Assembly: GCA_031409955.1 (NCBI GenBank)
Contig: JANNYF010000088.1
Span: 82,927 to 146,926 of the forward strand
Direction of reading: 5' to 3'
Source: Blastocatellia bacterium
GTDB taxonomy: Bacteria; Acidobacteriota; Blastocatellia; RBC074
DNA length: 64,000 nucleotides
Position numbers and translations under genes: made by a program. Below are positions 41,201 through 50,612 of the stretch, in pieces. Numbering within the stretch: the first letter of the stretch is position 1; every line of letters starts with the position of its first letter. The notes under the pieces were generated by a model that was given only the letters and a program-made list of their open reading frames with translations, was not told the DNA's origin and did no database searches.

Positions 41201-41825
41201 GTGGCACGCCGTCGAGTTGCACATCATTGGCGCGATTCGTTTGGCCGCCCGCATCGAATTCATTGGCGAAGGCGTGGTGATAGGGGCGATTTTCGCCATT
41301 CGCGTTTTCGCCGCCGTTGATGGTTGGATCAAGCGTGACAACGTTGTACGGATTGCGCCCGCGCAGCGGCAATTGGCTGATGATTTCATTGCCAATGGTG
41401 GTGGTGTCGCTGCTGGAATTGAATTGCACCGCGACGGGCGAATCCACAATGGTGATGGATTCGCTGACCGCGCCTGTTTCCAGATGAGCGTCTAAGGTCA
41501 GGTCGCCACGATTTTGCACAGTGAAGCCGCGTTGCTCATGGCGTTTGAAACCGCTCGCTTCGACGCGAATCGTGTAGATGCCGGATTCGACGAAGTCAAA
41601 AATATAGCGGCCTTCGTGATTGGTCATGCGTGTGACTTCAACCCCCGTGCCGTCATTTTTGAGGATGACTTTGGCATTTGGAATGGCAGCATTGGCGGCA
41701 TCGGTCACTGCACCTTGCACTTTGGCGCGATAATCCTGGGCGCTGACGAGTGAAACCAAAGTTAGGAAGAGCGCACCGCACACAATACTTCTGGCAACGC
41801 TTCTGGAAAGGCTGAAAAGATTCAT
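38298..41825 (-). CDS. TonB-dependent receptor-like OMP with carboxypeptidase-regulatory-like N-domain
   Basis: Start MNLFSLSRSVARSIVCGALFLTLVSLVSAQD with the SD AGGAG. ~1175 aa. Sits 7 nt downstream of the preceding receptor gene. Confidence 0.85.
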   Translation of the reverse strand: MNLFSLSRSVARSIVCGALFLTLVSLVSAQDYRAKVQGAVTDAANAAIPNAKVILKNDGTGVEVTRMTNHEGRYIFDFVESGIYTIRVEASGFKRHEQRGFTVQNRGDLTLDAHLETGAVSESITIVDSPVAVQFNSSSDTTTIGNEIISQLPLRGRNPYNVVTLDPTINGGENANGENRPYHHAFANEFDAGGQTNRANDVQLDGVPLTSSYKTSYTPSIEAVQEVSFQKNAVDAEYGYSAGGIVILNMKSGTNRFHGSGYYHNRTPRLNAFGDPTIVRTAGADETIFRGTNLKMYGGTLGGPLVKNKLFFFTSWEQWYDHRPITVKLTLPTALERQGNFSQSSRTCSGATVSPCVRPIYDPITATGTSGVRTAFAGNLIPINRFDATSLKLLAEIPLPNLPGNDLNWQGTKTENVDYWNLSNRLDWNINERWKSFVRFGYFKTGLLEAGTADAQGKLFPTGGSNRHGLSIAADTVYTISSSKVLNLRANYHKLIDEFANEPNLLGKSGIEALWPSNPWYTSLLTRDDIYYPAVDVGTANRLGRTGREFWQRPQGWGGSARMNWYLGNHQLKFGGELRVDKGKGARFEPINLNFRPQLTASQNSNANVNISGSEWATFLLGYVDNNSSGRRVPVQEVVTLGYAGYVQDDFKVNNRLTLNLGLRWEFEPGPVDRQNRLSQRLDLTSPIPEFQATPPNMPAAVLNLLTTKGYKPTYNGAWVFTDANNRNAWSRSAANFMPRIGGAFKLDSKSVFRFGYARYMSPSSKIRDPLGDFVNQYTGYSTITTVLTPLNGVPLATVSNPFPTTGTAPNPLQQPTEKTLGRYTNLGNAVSLDQYNLKPQNNDRFSLSYQREIWSRTVVSFDFFYNNGFNLPIDIDLNQADPNFLYDNPRSVTNATVANPFRNYLTIDKFPGALRNGSANVTVASLLRPYPQYAAITQTNTAGRDLHVYSYKFQAQRPFAKGLSMLVNYAYQREAQTEFFDDRAAYARNFTWRDLPIARHRFNHALTWEIPVGKGRWLLKNAPTAVEMALGGWQLTTTNRWYSGRQLIFNQNLIVSGTPKISNPTFGQWFDKTVFAALPAGTTADPANIVRKNAWTYEGLVGPGTSQVDMTLSKGFRIRERYKFEVRVESYNAFNQINWDNPLVDFNNANFGKVINKRPGYIGREIQYGFKLTF

Positions 41826-42040
41826 ATAGCTCCTTAAATTCTGGAAAGGCTGGCAAAGCAATCACGCTCCGCAGCGCTGGCGCTCGCTAATCCGAAGCGC
41901 AACTCGGCAAGGGAATCCGCAAAAGAAAAAAGGTTATTCAAATGTCCAGCAAAGCGTAATTGATTCGTTGATGAAATTTAGATCGCGCGCAGTTTACAAG
42001 CAATCGTCCTATCCGTAAAATTCATAATTCCGAAAGCTTC

Positions 42041-42057
42041 AATCGGTTTTTTCGATT
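42041..42057 (+). promoter_or_regulatory. LysR-type T-N11-A box (AATCG-N7-CGATT) immediately upstream of the LysR gene
   Basis: aatcggttttttcgatt, 20 nt upstream of the ATG at 42077, in the divergent region shared with the receptor operon. Confidence 0.4.
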
Positions 42058-42076
42058 AGTTACAGGAGCGAAAAAA

Positions 42077-42994
42077 ATGGATTTCCACCAACTCAAAGTC
42101 TTTTATTCAGCCGTCAGCACCGGCAGTTTCACGCAAGCGAGCCAGGCGCTGAACCTCTCGCAATCCACCATCAGCCAGCACATCAAACAATTGGAAAACG
42201 AATTGGGCTGCCACCTGTTTCGCCGAGTGGGGCGCGGCGTGCATTTGACCGAAGCGGGGCATTTGCTGCGCGATCATTGCGAGAAGATTTTTCAGGATGT
42301 CAAAAACGCCGAGATGGCGATCAAAGAACTGAATGGGTTGCAGCGCGGGCGCATTCGCTTTGGCTCCGGCGCAACCACGCTAATCTATCAATTGCCAGCG
42401 GTCATCGAAGCCTTCAGCGCGGAGTTTCCCAACATTGAGTTGGTGATTTTTTCTGACACGACCGAAGCAATTATCCGCGAGATCAAAGCCCAGCGACTTG
42501 ACCTCGGCTTAGTCATGAAACCGCCCGCCGAAAACGATTTGCAGTTCACGCCGCTGTGCAACGAAGAGTTGATGATCGCGCTTTCCAGCAAACATCCATT
42601 AGCCAGCAAACGCGCCCTGACGATCCCGGATTTGCAATCGTTGCGCTTCATTCTGTACGAAAAGAAAACCGCGATGCGCAGGCTGATTGATGACTTCTTC
42701 AATGAACTCGGCGTCACGCCACAAATTGCGATGGTGATGGAAAACATCGAAGCGATTAAAAGCCTGGTTGGCAGTGGACTTGGTGCGTCTGTCTTACCTG
42801 CTCACGCGGTTGGAGAAGACGCCGTGGATAAAAAGGTACGCATGCTCCGCGTGCAAAAACGCACCTTGCGTCGTCAACTCGGTTTGATTTCCTTGAAGTC
42901 GGTCTTGCCGCCCAATGCCGTCCATCAATTTTCGCAATTGGTCGTCAGCCAACTCGGAGCGAAACACCGTATCGCCCGTCACGACCCGAGTTGA
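42077..42994 (+). CDS. LysR-family transcriptional regulator
   Basis: HTH QASQALNLSQSTISQHIKQLE plus a LysR substrate-binding domain. It is divergent from the receptor operon. A T-N11-A box lies upstream. Confidence 0.9.
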   Translation: MDFHQLKVFYSAVSTGSFTQASQALNLSQSTISQHIKQLENELGCHLFRRVGRGVHLTEAGHLLRDHCEKIFQDVKNAEMAIKELNGLQRGRIRFGSGATTLIYQLPAVIEAFSAEFPNIELVIFSDTTEAIIREIKAQRLDLGLVMKPPAENDLQFTPLCNEELMIALSSKHPLASKRALTIPDLQSLRFILYEKKTAMRRLIDDFFNELGVTPQIAMVMENIEAIKSLVGSGLGASVLPAHAVGEDAVDKKVRMLRVQKRTLRRQLGLISLKSVLPPNAVHQFSQLVVSQLGAKHRIARHDPS

Positions 42995-43111
42995 TCGCTA
43001 TTTCAACCGGGAGCGCACGCGGAAGCGCATGCTAATCTTAAGGTCGGTTGCCTTGCGACGCAGGGGTACCTCGCCGCCCAAGGCACGCGTTTCCGCGTGT
43101 ACTCCCGGTCA

Positions 43112-45007
43112 TTATTGTTTCTTCACTTCAACCGCATACACGTGTGTCGCGCCGTGTAGATTGGAGCGAAATACCAGCCATTTCATGTCGGGTGTAAACG
43201 TCACATTCGGTTCCAGTTGATAATTATGCTGCGCCAGATTGACCAGCTTTTCCGCTTTTAGCTTGCCCCCCTCCGGCGTGAACAAATAAATCCATTGCCC
43301 GTTGCCCGGCGCAGCCACGCTCGCCGGCCCGCCGCCATCGCCTGCGAATAATTTGCCGTTCGGCGCGACATTAAAATGCACCGACCATTCGGCGCGTGGT
43401 ACGGGATAACGCGTTTGCTTGCCCGTCGCGATTTCTACGCCTGCGAGCCAGAATTCTTTCCCCTTTGGGGTTTGCAAGTCATACCAAACCATCTTGCCAT
43501 CGGCGCTGAAAAATTCGTGTCCAGCAATTTCCATGTCCATCGTGCGTTTGTGCATCAGGCGCGGCGTCGGCTTGATATCTTTGTTATTTGGGATGCGAAT
43601 TGTCCAGATGCGATCTACCTTGTGCCAGGGGCCTTCGTGACAAAACATCATGAGGCCAGGGTCAGTGGGCGAAAACTGTACGTGGTTGAGCCAATCGGTC
43701 GCGTGATGAAACGTTTTGACTTCGCCCGTTTTGATATTGACGGTGTAGAGCGACATCGGCACGCGCGCCGCCAAGCGCTCTTCCATCATTTGCCCTTTGC
43801 CTGGATAGGCGTCACCGCGTTGATTGGGCGGCACTGGATTCAGCGGCGGCGCGGCATTGCCTTCGATCATACTGCCGCCCAGCAATGTTTCATCCGCATT
43901 CACAGCCAAGCCTGAGCCAGTCCGTAAGGTTGGGTTCGCCACAATCGCACGCGTCGCTTTGGTGTCGAGATGCGTGACATACACCGTGCCGTCTTTCACA
44001 TAAAAAACTTGGCGCGTCTTTGGGCCAATAACCAGATTGCTGGCTCGGCCTTCGACAATCTGTTCAATCTTGCCTGTCTTGAGTTCAATGGTGGCGATGC
44101 CTTTGGGATTGGTGACAACCAGCTTGTCGCCACTTGCGGTGTACGCATTTTGATGAAAGTACAAACTCGCCGTGCCTGCTTCGCGTGACAACCGAATAAC
44201 GCGATGCCCTGTGTCTGGATCAATCCATTCAAGCGGCGGTTCAGCGGCTTGCGCTTTCAAGTATGGCGCGAGCGGGAGCTTTTGCTGCTTCAATTCTGCC
44301 ACTACCAAACCCGCCATTTGCGACGCGCCGTATTCCGAAAAATGCGTGTCGTCCTGTTTGCCGTTTGGCAGCGATTTGTATTGCCCTGGTGCGAGGTGCA
44401 GGAAAAGCTGCTTAGAATCTTCGACACCGTGTTGCTCAATTAGCTTCTGGCTGGATTGATGCAGATCAATCAGCGCCACATTCAATTCTTTTGCCAACGC
44501 GCGCACGGCAGCAGGATATTCGCCGTGCGTGTCGAAGAATTTCCCCTGTGCGTCAAAGCGGCGGCGCATCACAGGCGTCAATAAAATCGGGGTTGCGCCT
44601 TTGCTGCGGACTTCGTTGATGAAGCGCGTCAAGTTCGTTTTGTAATCGGTGTTTGGCGCAGCATAGCGCGTCGGGTCTTCTTTCTTTTCGTCGTTGTGGC
44701 CGAATTGGATGAAAACCCAATCGCCCTTTTGCAATTGCTGAGCTACCTTGTCCCAGCGTCCCTCGTCAATGAAACTTTTGGTGCTGCGACCATTCACTGC
44801 GTGATTTTTGATGACGACACGATCATCAAAGTACATCGGCAGCAACTGTCCCCAGCCGCGTTCGGGATTGTCCGCGAGCGGTTTGTCCGCCATGGTCGAA
44901 TCGCCGATCATGAAGGCGGTGACACGCGCTGCCGGAGGTTGTGCTGCCACGCTCAACCACATGAAGATCAGCCAGCAATGAAGGAGAACTATTTTTCTGA
45001 CAGGCAT
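43112..45007 (-). CDS. Fusion protein: N-terminal CE12/SGNH acetylesterase + C-terminal oligogalacturonide lyase (PL22, Ogl-like beta-propeller)
   Basis: N-terminal part has GDSTMADK, GWGQ and GHNDE. C-terminal part begins EWIDPDTGHRVIRLS...YFHQNAYTASGDKLVV...ELKTGKIEQIVEG, which matches the Ogl N-terminal pattern (DPDTG..V.RLT...YF.Q...G.KL). Confidence 0.7.
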   Translation of the reverse strand: MPVRKIVLLHCWLIFMWLSVAAQPPAARVTAFMIGDSTMADKPLADNPERGWGQLLPMYFDDRVVIKNHAVNGRSTKSFIDEGRWDKVAQQLQKGDWVFIQFGHNDEKKEDPTRYAAPNTDYKTNLTRFINEVRSKGATPILLTPVMRRRFDAQGKFFDTHGEYPAAVRALAKELNVALIDLHQSSQKLIEQHGVEDSKQLFLHLAPGQYKSLPNGKQDDTHFSEYGASQMAGLVVAELKQQKLPLAPYLKAQAAEPPLEWIDPDTGHRVIRLSREAGTASLYFHQNAYTASGDKLVVTNPKGIATIELKTGKIEQIVEGRASNLVIGPKTRQVFYVKDGTVYVTHLDTKATRAIVANPTLRTGSGLAVNADETLLGGSMIEGNAAPPLNPVPPNQRGDAYPGKGQMMEERLAARVPMSLYTVNIKTGEVKTFHHATDWLNHVQFSPTDPGLMMFCHEGPWHKVDRIWTIRIPNNKDIKPTPRLMHKRTMDMEIAGHEFFSADGKMVWYDLQTPKGKEFWLAGVEIATGKQTRYPVPRAEWSVHFNVAPNGKLFAGDGGGPASVAAPGNGQWIYLFTPEGGKLKAEKLVNLAQHNYQLEPNVTFTPDMKWLVFRSNLHGATHVYAVEVKKQ

Positions 45008-45160
45008 AAAATCCTTCTCTGAAAACGATTTTCTCTTGAACGCGCGAAGCGTCTGGAGTGCGACGGCTCCTGCGAATCTCAAATTTGAGATTTGAAATCA
45101 ATGGAGCCAAAGTTACATCAAGCCGCAGCACCACAAACGCTTCGCGCATTTCTTCAGCGC

Positions 45161-48100
45161 TTAGAAATAAAGCTTCAGCGCAATCTGTACAAAGCGCGGC
45201 GTGTAGCCTGACCGTCCAGGCGTCACATTCAAATAGCCCCAGCGATCTGCTGTGTAAGCCTGACGCAAACGATATTGCTGAATCCCCGCCACCGTCGTGA
45301 GATCGAACTGATTCGCGTTCTGCGAGAAGAAGCCTTCGCCGACGGGCACGTGGAAGAAATCACGGCGCAAGGCTTGGGTTCCGGTGATGCGATTGCTGGC
45401 GATGACTTGATTGATCTGCGCCAGCATTGCCGTGCCTGCGGCTGTCGTGCGTGCCGGGCGTGTGGCCGACGCAAATGCAGCCCACGCATCGTACTCGGCG
45501 TTGGAGATATTCGCTTCATTCGGCGCGGCAAAAATCTCGCCCGAATCTTCCAATCGTCCCGCGCGGAAGAACGGATGATTGAAGGCATTGATCGCATCTA
45601 CGCGGAATTGCAGGCGGCGTTTGCTGTCTTTGCCGAGGTAGAAGTTTTTCTGCACCGACAAATCCAGAAAATGCTGCGTGGGCATGCGGGCATTATCAAA
45701 CGCGCGCGGCGCATTGCCGAGCGTGCCTTTGACCGGACGCATAAACGCGGCGGGGTTGAAATACGGCTCGCACGCCTGATCTACGGGGCAACTGCGGCTC
45801 CAACGGGGATTGAGGAGCGGCACGCCCGACACGATGTCAGGCCGAATCGCGCGCACGTTGCCGTCAATGCCCAAGCCATTATCGTCGCGCAACACTGTGA
45901 CCAGCGGGATGCCGCCTTGAATGCGACCGATGCCGCTCAGACTCCAACCGCCCAGCACGGCTTCGACAATGCCCGGCGCTTTCGCCAGATAACTGCGCCC
46001 GCGTCCAAGCGGCAAATCGTACAGGAACGAAGAACTGAACGCGTGTTTGATGTCGAAGAGTGAAACCGAGCGATCCGCCGAACGCGGCGCTCCGTAATTG
46101 ACGTGTCCAATCGAGCGCACATTCAAATTGACAAAGCGCACATCGCCCGCGTCTGAAGCATCGTCCAGCCCTTTGCCAAACGTGTAATTGACCGTGTACG
46201 ACAAACCTTTGGTATGCCGTCGCCGCACGCTGGCAGTGCCAGCGTGACGTATGCTGTTGGCCGAAGCGTTGAAGACTTCGTTCAATCCTTCAAAGCCCAA
46301 ATATTTGGTGGCGAGATAGGCCGGCGAGTAATTCACCAACGCCCCGGTCACTGTGCGCCGACCCAGCGGGTCGTTCACATTCGGATTGAGCGAGTTGAGA
46401 CCGCGCGCCACAAAGCCTTCGGAAACGGAAAACGGTACTTGGTTGATATTGTTTGGTGCGAGGAATAACCGCGTGCCTTTGCTGCCGTTGTACGACAATT
46501 CAATCACCGTGTTCTGCGGGAGTTCATAAGCCGTCGTCAGGCTCCAGCTTTGCACATACGGCACATGCGCGTTGGGCGAAATCGCCAGCGCCGCGCCGAT
46601 CAGGTTGATGCTGTCCTGGGTAATCAGCCCATTGCTTGGAATGTTCAGAAACGTGTCCGGCGCAATAGGTCGAAGAATAGGAACGTTACAGCAAAGCCGC
46701 GCCGCCACGACGTTCGTGTTGTTGACGGTTTGCACCACCTGATTGCGATTGTCATAGGTTCCGTAGGTCACTGTTCCGGCGGCGAAGTCAGGAGCCGGAT
46801 TGCGCGTCATCCCCGTCAATGGCGCGTGCGACAGCCCATAGCCGCCGCGAATCACGAACGAATCGCGGCGCTGATTGAGACCGAAAATCTTTGGTGCCCA
46901 CGCAAAGCCGAAGCGCGGCTCGAAGTTCATTTTTTCAATTGGGAAGATATACCGCGAACGTCCGCCACGTCCCGAATACGCAAACGGTGGAATCAAAGTC
47001 GTCGTCGGCACACCGTCGGGAATCGCGGCATTGGCGGGCGCAGTCGTGGCCAACAATCCCAATCCAACCGCAATCGCGCGGCGTTGTGTGGCGTCCAGGT
47101 TGACGGTTTGCGCCAGCTCCGGCAGGAACACGCCTTGCCGATCATATTTTTCGGTGCGCGGCAATTGCAGGGAATAACGCAAGCCGAGATTCAAGGTCAG
47201 ATTCGGTTTGATCTTCCAATCGTTTTGTGCAAATCCAGCGGCGGAATTCCACTGGTAATAATACGGAATCAGCACTTCGCGCAGCGTCGCCTGATTATAA
47301 GTTCCGAGCAGATATTGCGCGAACTCAATGCCGCCTGTGCCTGCCGCAGCCCCGTTGCTATTGCTCAACGTGCGATTGCGGTTGAATTCATAACGACCTC
47401 CCGAAGCGCCAAACAGCGGGATCGTTTTCAGCCGCTGTTGCTGCAATTGCATGCCGAATTTCCACGCCATATTGCCGCGCACCCACGAAACGTTATCCGC
47501 GATTTCATAGCTGTGTTCGGCGTTTTCGTTTTGCTGCGACAAGCTCCAACCAACCGCCGCCGCGCCTGTCACGAACTCCGGCAAGCCGCCCGCCGTTACG
47601 CTCGGCAAGCCCAGTTCGGTCGAAAAGTTGCGCCCGGTCAACGCGTCGAATTCCGGCGGCAGATTTTTGGTGAAGCGCCCAAACGTGTAGTTGAGCCGCA
47701 ATTCATTGATGAGCCGCGCCGAGAACGTGTGTGTATCGGACACCAGCACTTGCCGCGACCAACTGTAATCGGTGCCGCCCGTGTTGATTTCATCGCGCCC
47801 AACCTGGAAATCCCCGCGCCCGCGATCCCCGCGAATCGGCACTTGCGTGTAGCGTCCGTACATCCGGTTATTCTCAGTGAGCTGATGATCGAGCCGCAGC
47901 GTCATGCGCTTTTCCAGATTCTTGATGAACGACGGCAGCACATAGTTGCGCAGGTTCCCGCCATCCAGAAAATACTCGCCTGCGGTGGGCATATATTTCA
48001 AGAGCGACACGCTGGTCGGATCAAGCATGCTTTGCGGAATGATGTTGTTGGGGAAGACCGGGTACGTCGTGCCGGCGGCTAAAGTGATGCGGCTGAACTG

Positions 48101-49255
48101 CCGGCCCGACACGGTGTACGGATTGTAGAGCGTGGCATCGCGGATTTGCGTTTGTAAGGCGAACTTCTCGGCCACGGAACGCAGCGCGTAGCCGCCATTG
48201 ACGCCGACGACATTGCTGAAATCGCCGCGCAGCATTTCTGCGGTCGGCAACAACAACGTGCCTTGCGAGCCGTCGTAGTAATAGCGCGGCTCCAACGCGA
48301 AGAAAAAGAACGAGCGATTACGTCCGTCATAACCAGCGGGGCCAAAGAATTTTTTCGGCAGCCAGATCGGGCCGCCATACGTCAAGCCGAACTGATGTTG
48401 CCGCCGATTGGACTCCGGGCGATTCGTGACATTCGTAGTGAACGGCGCAGCGTTGAGCGAAGGATTGCGATGATACCAATAAAACAAACCGTTGTAGCTG
48501 TTCGTGCCGGACTTCGTAGTCATATTCACGACACCGCCGCCGGTCTGTCCAAATTCTGCCGAGAAGTTGGAAGTCTGCACAGTGAATTCCTGCACCGTGT
48601 CCGGCGAAAACGTCACAATCGCGCGACCCAAGCCTGCTCCTGTGTTGTTCGCGCCATCCGCCAGAATCGCGGTGCTGCCCGCGCGACCGCCGTTGACGTT
48701 GACGTTGAAGCCGGGAGCCGGAATGTCTTGCCCCAGTTCCGGGTCTTCTGTGCCCGCTACGCCGGAGACGTTGCCGACGAGCAGGACAAGGTCAAGCACA
48801 CTACGATTGTTCAGCGGCATTTCGGCAATTTGTCGTTCCGTGATCGTTTGCCCTGACGTGCCGCTGACGGTGTTCAGCAAAGGTGTTTCCGCCGTGATGT
48901 CCACGACCGTTTCGACCGTGCCGGTTTCAAGCGCGATGTTCACCGACGCCGTCGTCGCCGTGTCCACTTTGACGTTGTTCACGAGCGCCTTTTTGAAGCC
49001 CGGCGATTCGACCGTGATGGAATACATGACAGGCTCCAATGACGAAGCTGTGAACGCCCCTTCTGACGAAGTCGTGAGCTTGGTGCTTTGATTCGTGCCG
49101 ACGTTTGTGACCGTGACCGTCGCGCCCGGCACGACGGCGCCCGTTGCGTCGGTCACAGTGCCACTGATGCCGCCGCGATTGGTTTGCGCTGCGGCAGGAA
49201 CCGCCAGCCAAAAGGCTACGAATAAAAAGACCACGAAGCGAAACATACTTTGCAT
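45161..49255 (-). CDS. TonB-dependent receptor-like OMP with carboxypeptidase-regulatory-like N-domain (largest paralogue)
   Basis: Signal peptide MQSMFRFVVFLFVAFWLAVPAAAQ, then GGISGTVTDATGAVVPGATVTVTN. ~1365 aa. Confidence 0.85.
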   Translation of the reverse strand: MQSMFRFVVFLFVAFWLAVPAAAQTNRGGISGTVTDATGAVVPGATVTVTNVGTNQSTKLTTSSEGAFTASSLEPVMYSITVESPGFKKALVNNVKVDTATTASVNIALETGTVETVVDITAETPLLNTVSGTSGQTITERQIAEMPLNNRSVLDLVLLVGNVSGVAGTEDPELGQDIPAPGFNVNVNGGRAGSTAILADGANNTGAGLGRAIVTFSPDTVQEFTVQTSNFSAEFGQTGGGVVNMTTKSGTNSYNGLFYWYHRNPSLNAAPFTTNVTNRPESNRRQHQFGLTYGGPIWLPKKFFGPAGYDGRNRSFFFFALEPRYYYDGSQGTLLLPTAEMLRGDFSNVVGVNGGYALRSVAEKFALQTQIRDATLYNPYTVSGRQFSRITLAAGTTYPVFPNNIIPQSMLDPTSVSLLKYMPTAGEYFLDGGNLRNYVLPSFIKNLEKRMTLRLDHQLTENNRMYGRYTQVPIRGDRGRGDFQVGRDEINTGGTDYSWSRQVLVSDTHTFSARLINELRLNYTFGRFTKNLPPEFDALTGRNFSTELGLPSVTAGGLPEFVTGAAAVGWSLSQQNENAEHSYEIADNVSWVRGNMAWKFGMQLQQQRLKTIPLFGASGGRYEFNRNRTLSNSNGAAAGTGGIEFAQYLLGTYNQATLREVLIPYYYQWNSAAGFAQNDWKIKPNLTLNLGLRYSLQLPRTEKYDRQGVFLPELAQTVNLDATQRRAIAVGLGLLATTAPANAAIPDGVPTTTLIPPFAYSGRGGRSRYIFPIEKMNFEPRFGFAWAPKIFGLNQRRDSFVIRGGYGLSHAPLTGMTRNPAPDFAAGTVTYGTYDNRNQVVQTVNNTNVVAARLCCNVPILRPIAPDTFLNIPSNGLITQDSINLIGAALAISPNAHVPYVQSWSLTTAYELPQNTVIELSYNGSKGTRLFLAPNNINQVPFSVSEGFVARGLNSLNPNVNDPLGRRTVTGALVNYSPAYLATKYLGFEGLNEVFNASANSIRHAGTASVRRRHTKGLSYTVNYTFGKGLDDASDAGDVRFVNLNVRSIGHVNYGAPRSADRSVSLFDIKHAFSSSFLYDLPLGRGRSYLAKAPGIVEAVLGGWSLSGIGRIQGGIPLVTVLRDDNGLGIDGNVRAIRPDIVSGVPLLNPRWSRSCPVDQACEPYFNPAAFMRPVKGTLGNAPRAFDNARMPTQHFLDLSVQKNFYLGKDSKRRLQFRVDAINAFNHPFFRAGRLEDSGEIFAAPNEANISNAEYDAWAAFASATRPARTTAAGTAMLAQINQVIASNRITGTQALRRDFFHVPVGEGFFSQNANQFDLTTVAGIQQYRLRQAYTADRWGYLNVTPGRSGYTPRFVQIALKLYF

Positions 49256-49481
49256 GGGAAACACCTCTTTCCGATTATGATTCTGTCTGGAGCGGGAACC
49301 CGCCGATTGTCTGTCTGTTGACGGCGCTCAGTTGAGCATAGCCATTTCGGCAAGTCAAATATTTTTCTACTGAGCCAAAAGCTTTTTTTACTGAGTAGAA
49401 ATTGACCTTGCCTTTTGGATTCTGTGCCGCTAGGGTAGGCTGCCGCATACGCGCTACCCCAGAACTTGCAAAAGTGAAACC

Positions 49482-50600
49482 ATGAGCGAAAAAAACAACG
49501 GAACGAACAAATACTTTGTGGAAGTCGTCGCCAAAGCCTTAGACGTGCTGGACGCGTTCAGAAAGCTGGAAGATGAGTTGACGCTGTCGGACATTGCCCG
49601 TCGCACGAACCTTCCTTCCAGCCACGCTTTTCGGTTGCTCCACACGCTCGAGCAAAAAGGGTGGGTGCGCAAGGTCAACGGCTCCAAAAAATTTCATCGC
49701 GTCAATCGTACGCAGCGCTGGCGCATTGGCTTTGCGATGCAATCCGGGCAATTGCAATTTTCGCAGGATGTGTTGCGCGGCTTGGAAGAAGCGGCGGAAA
49801 AACACGGCGTGCAACTGCTGGTGCTGGACAACGAATACAGCGAAGAAACGGCGGTCACGAATGCGCAAACGTTTGTGCGACAAGCGGTGGATTTGGTGAT
49901 CGAATTTCAGGTGAATGAACGTATCGCGCCAGTCATCGCTCATACTTTTGCCGAAGCAAAAACTCCCTGCCTGGCAATTGATATTCCGCAACCGGGCGCG
50001 GTCTATTTCGGCGCGAACAATTATCAGGCCGGGCTTCTGGCCGGACGCGCACTCGGCGAATATGCGCGCGCGCAATGGAAAGGCAAGGTGGACAAAGTGC
50101 TGTTGTTGGAACAGCCGATTGCTGGCGCGATACCCCAAGCCCGGATGACCGGAGCCGTAAATGGCATCCAGGAAATCATCGGCACAATGCCCGAATCGTC
50201 CGTCATTCATTTGGATGGCGGCAGCAATGAACAGGAAAGCCGTCGGGAAACTCTGCAATTTCTCAACGCGCTTTTGCCCACCGAAAAAGTATTGATCGCT
50301 ACGATTCACGACCCCGCCGCGCTCGGCGCAGTGCGAGCCATCAAAGAGGCCGGGCGCAACAAAAAAACGGTGGTGGTCGTGGGGCAGAACGCAACGCACG
50401 AAGCACGCAAAGAACTGAACAAAGCGCATTCGTGTTTGCTCGGACTGGTGGGATTTTTCCCGGAAAAATATGGCGAGCAACTCATCCCGCTCGCCTTGAA
50501 AATGCTGGGCGGCGAAGCCATGCCGCCGATGGCGTTTATCGAACATGCCCTCATTACCAAAAACAATGTTGCGGACTTTTACCCGGCTGCGAAGATTTGA
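49482..50600 (+). CDS. Transcriptional regulator with an IclR-type wHTH fused to a periplasmic-binding-protein type I (LacI-like sugar-binding) domain
   Basis: N-terminal part LDVLDAFRKLEDELTLSDIARRTNLPSSHAFRLLHTLEQKGWV is IclR-like. The C-terminal ~280 aa has a PBP1/LacI-type sugar-binding fold (VVVVGQNATHEA..., LIATIHDPAALGAVRAIKEAG). Confidence 0.7.
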   Translation: MSEKNNGTNKYFVEVVAKALDVLDAFRKLEDELTLSDIARRTNLPSSHAFRLLHTLEQKGWVRKVNGSKKFHRVNRTQRWRIGFAMQSGQLQFSQDVLRGLEEAAEKHGVQLLVLDNEYSEETAVTNAQTFVRQAVDLVIEFQVNERIAPVIAHTFAEAKTPCLAIDIPQPGAVYFGANNYQAGLLAGRALGEYARAQWKGKVDKVLLLEQPIAGAIPQARMTGAVNGIQEIIGTMPESSVIHLDGGSNEQESRRETLQFLNALLPTEKVLIATIHDPAALGAVRAIKEAGRNKKTVVVVGQNATHEARKELNKAHSCLLGLVGFFPEKYGEQLIPLALKMLGGEAMPPMAFIEHALITKNNVADFYPAAKI

Positions 50601-50612
50601 GATCTGAGCAAT

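Noticed and set aside
49255-49482. TTCTACTGAG-N16-ACTGAGTAGAA imperfect dyad as an IclR operator
   Set aside because: Only partial symmetry (the inner TGAG is direct, not inverted). Too weak to call without comparative data.
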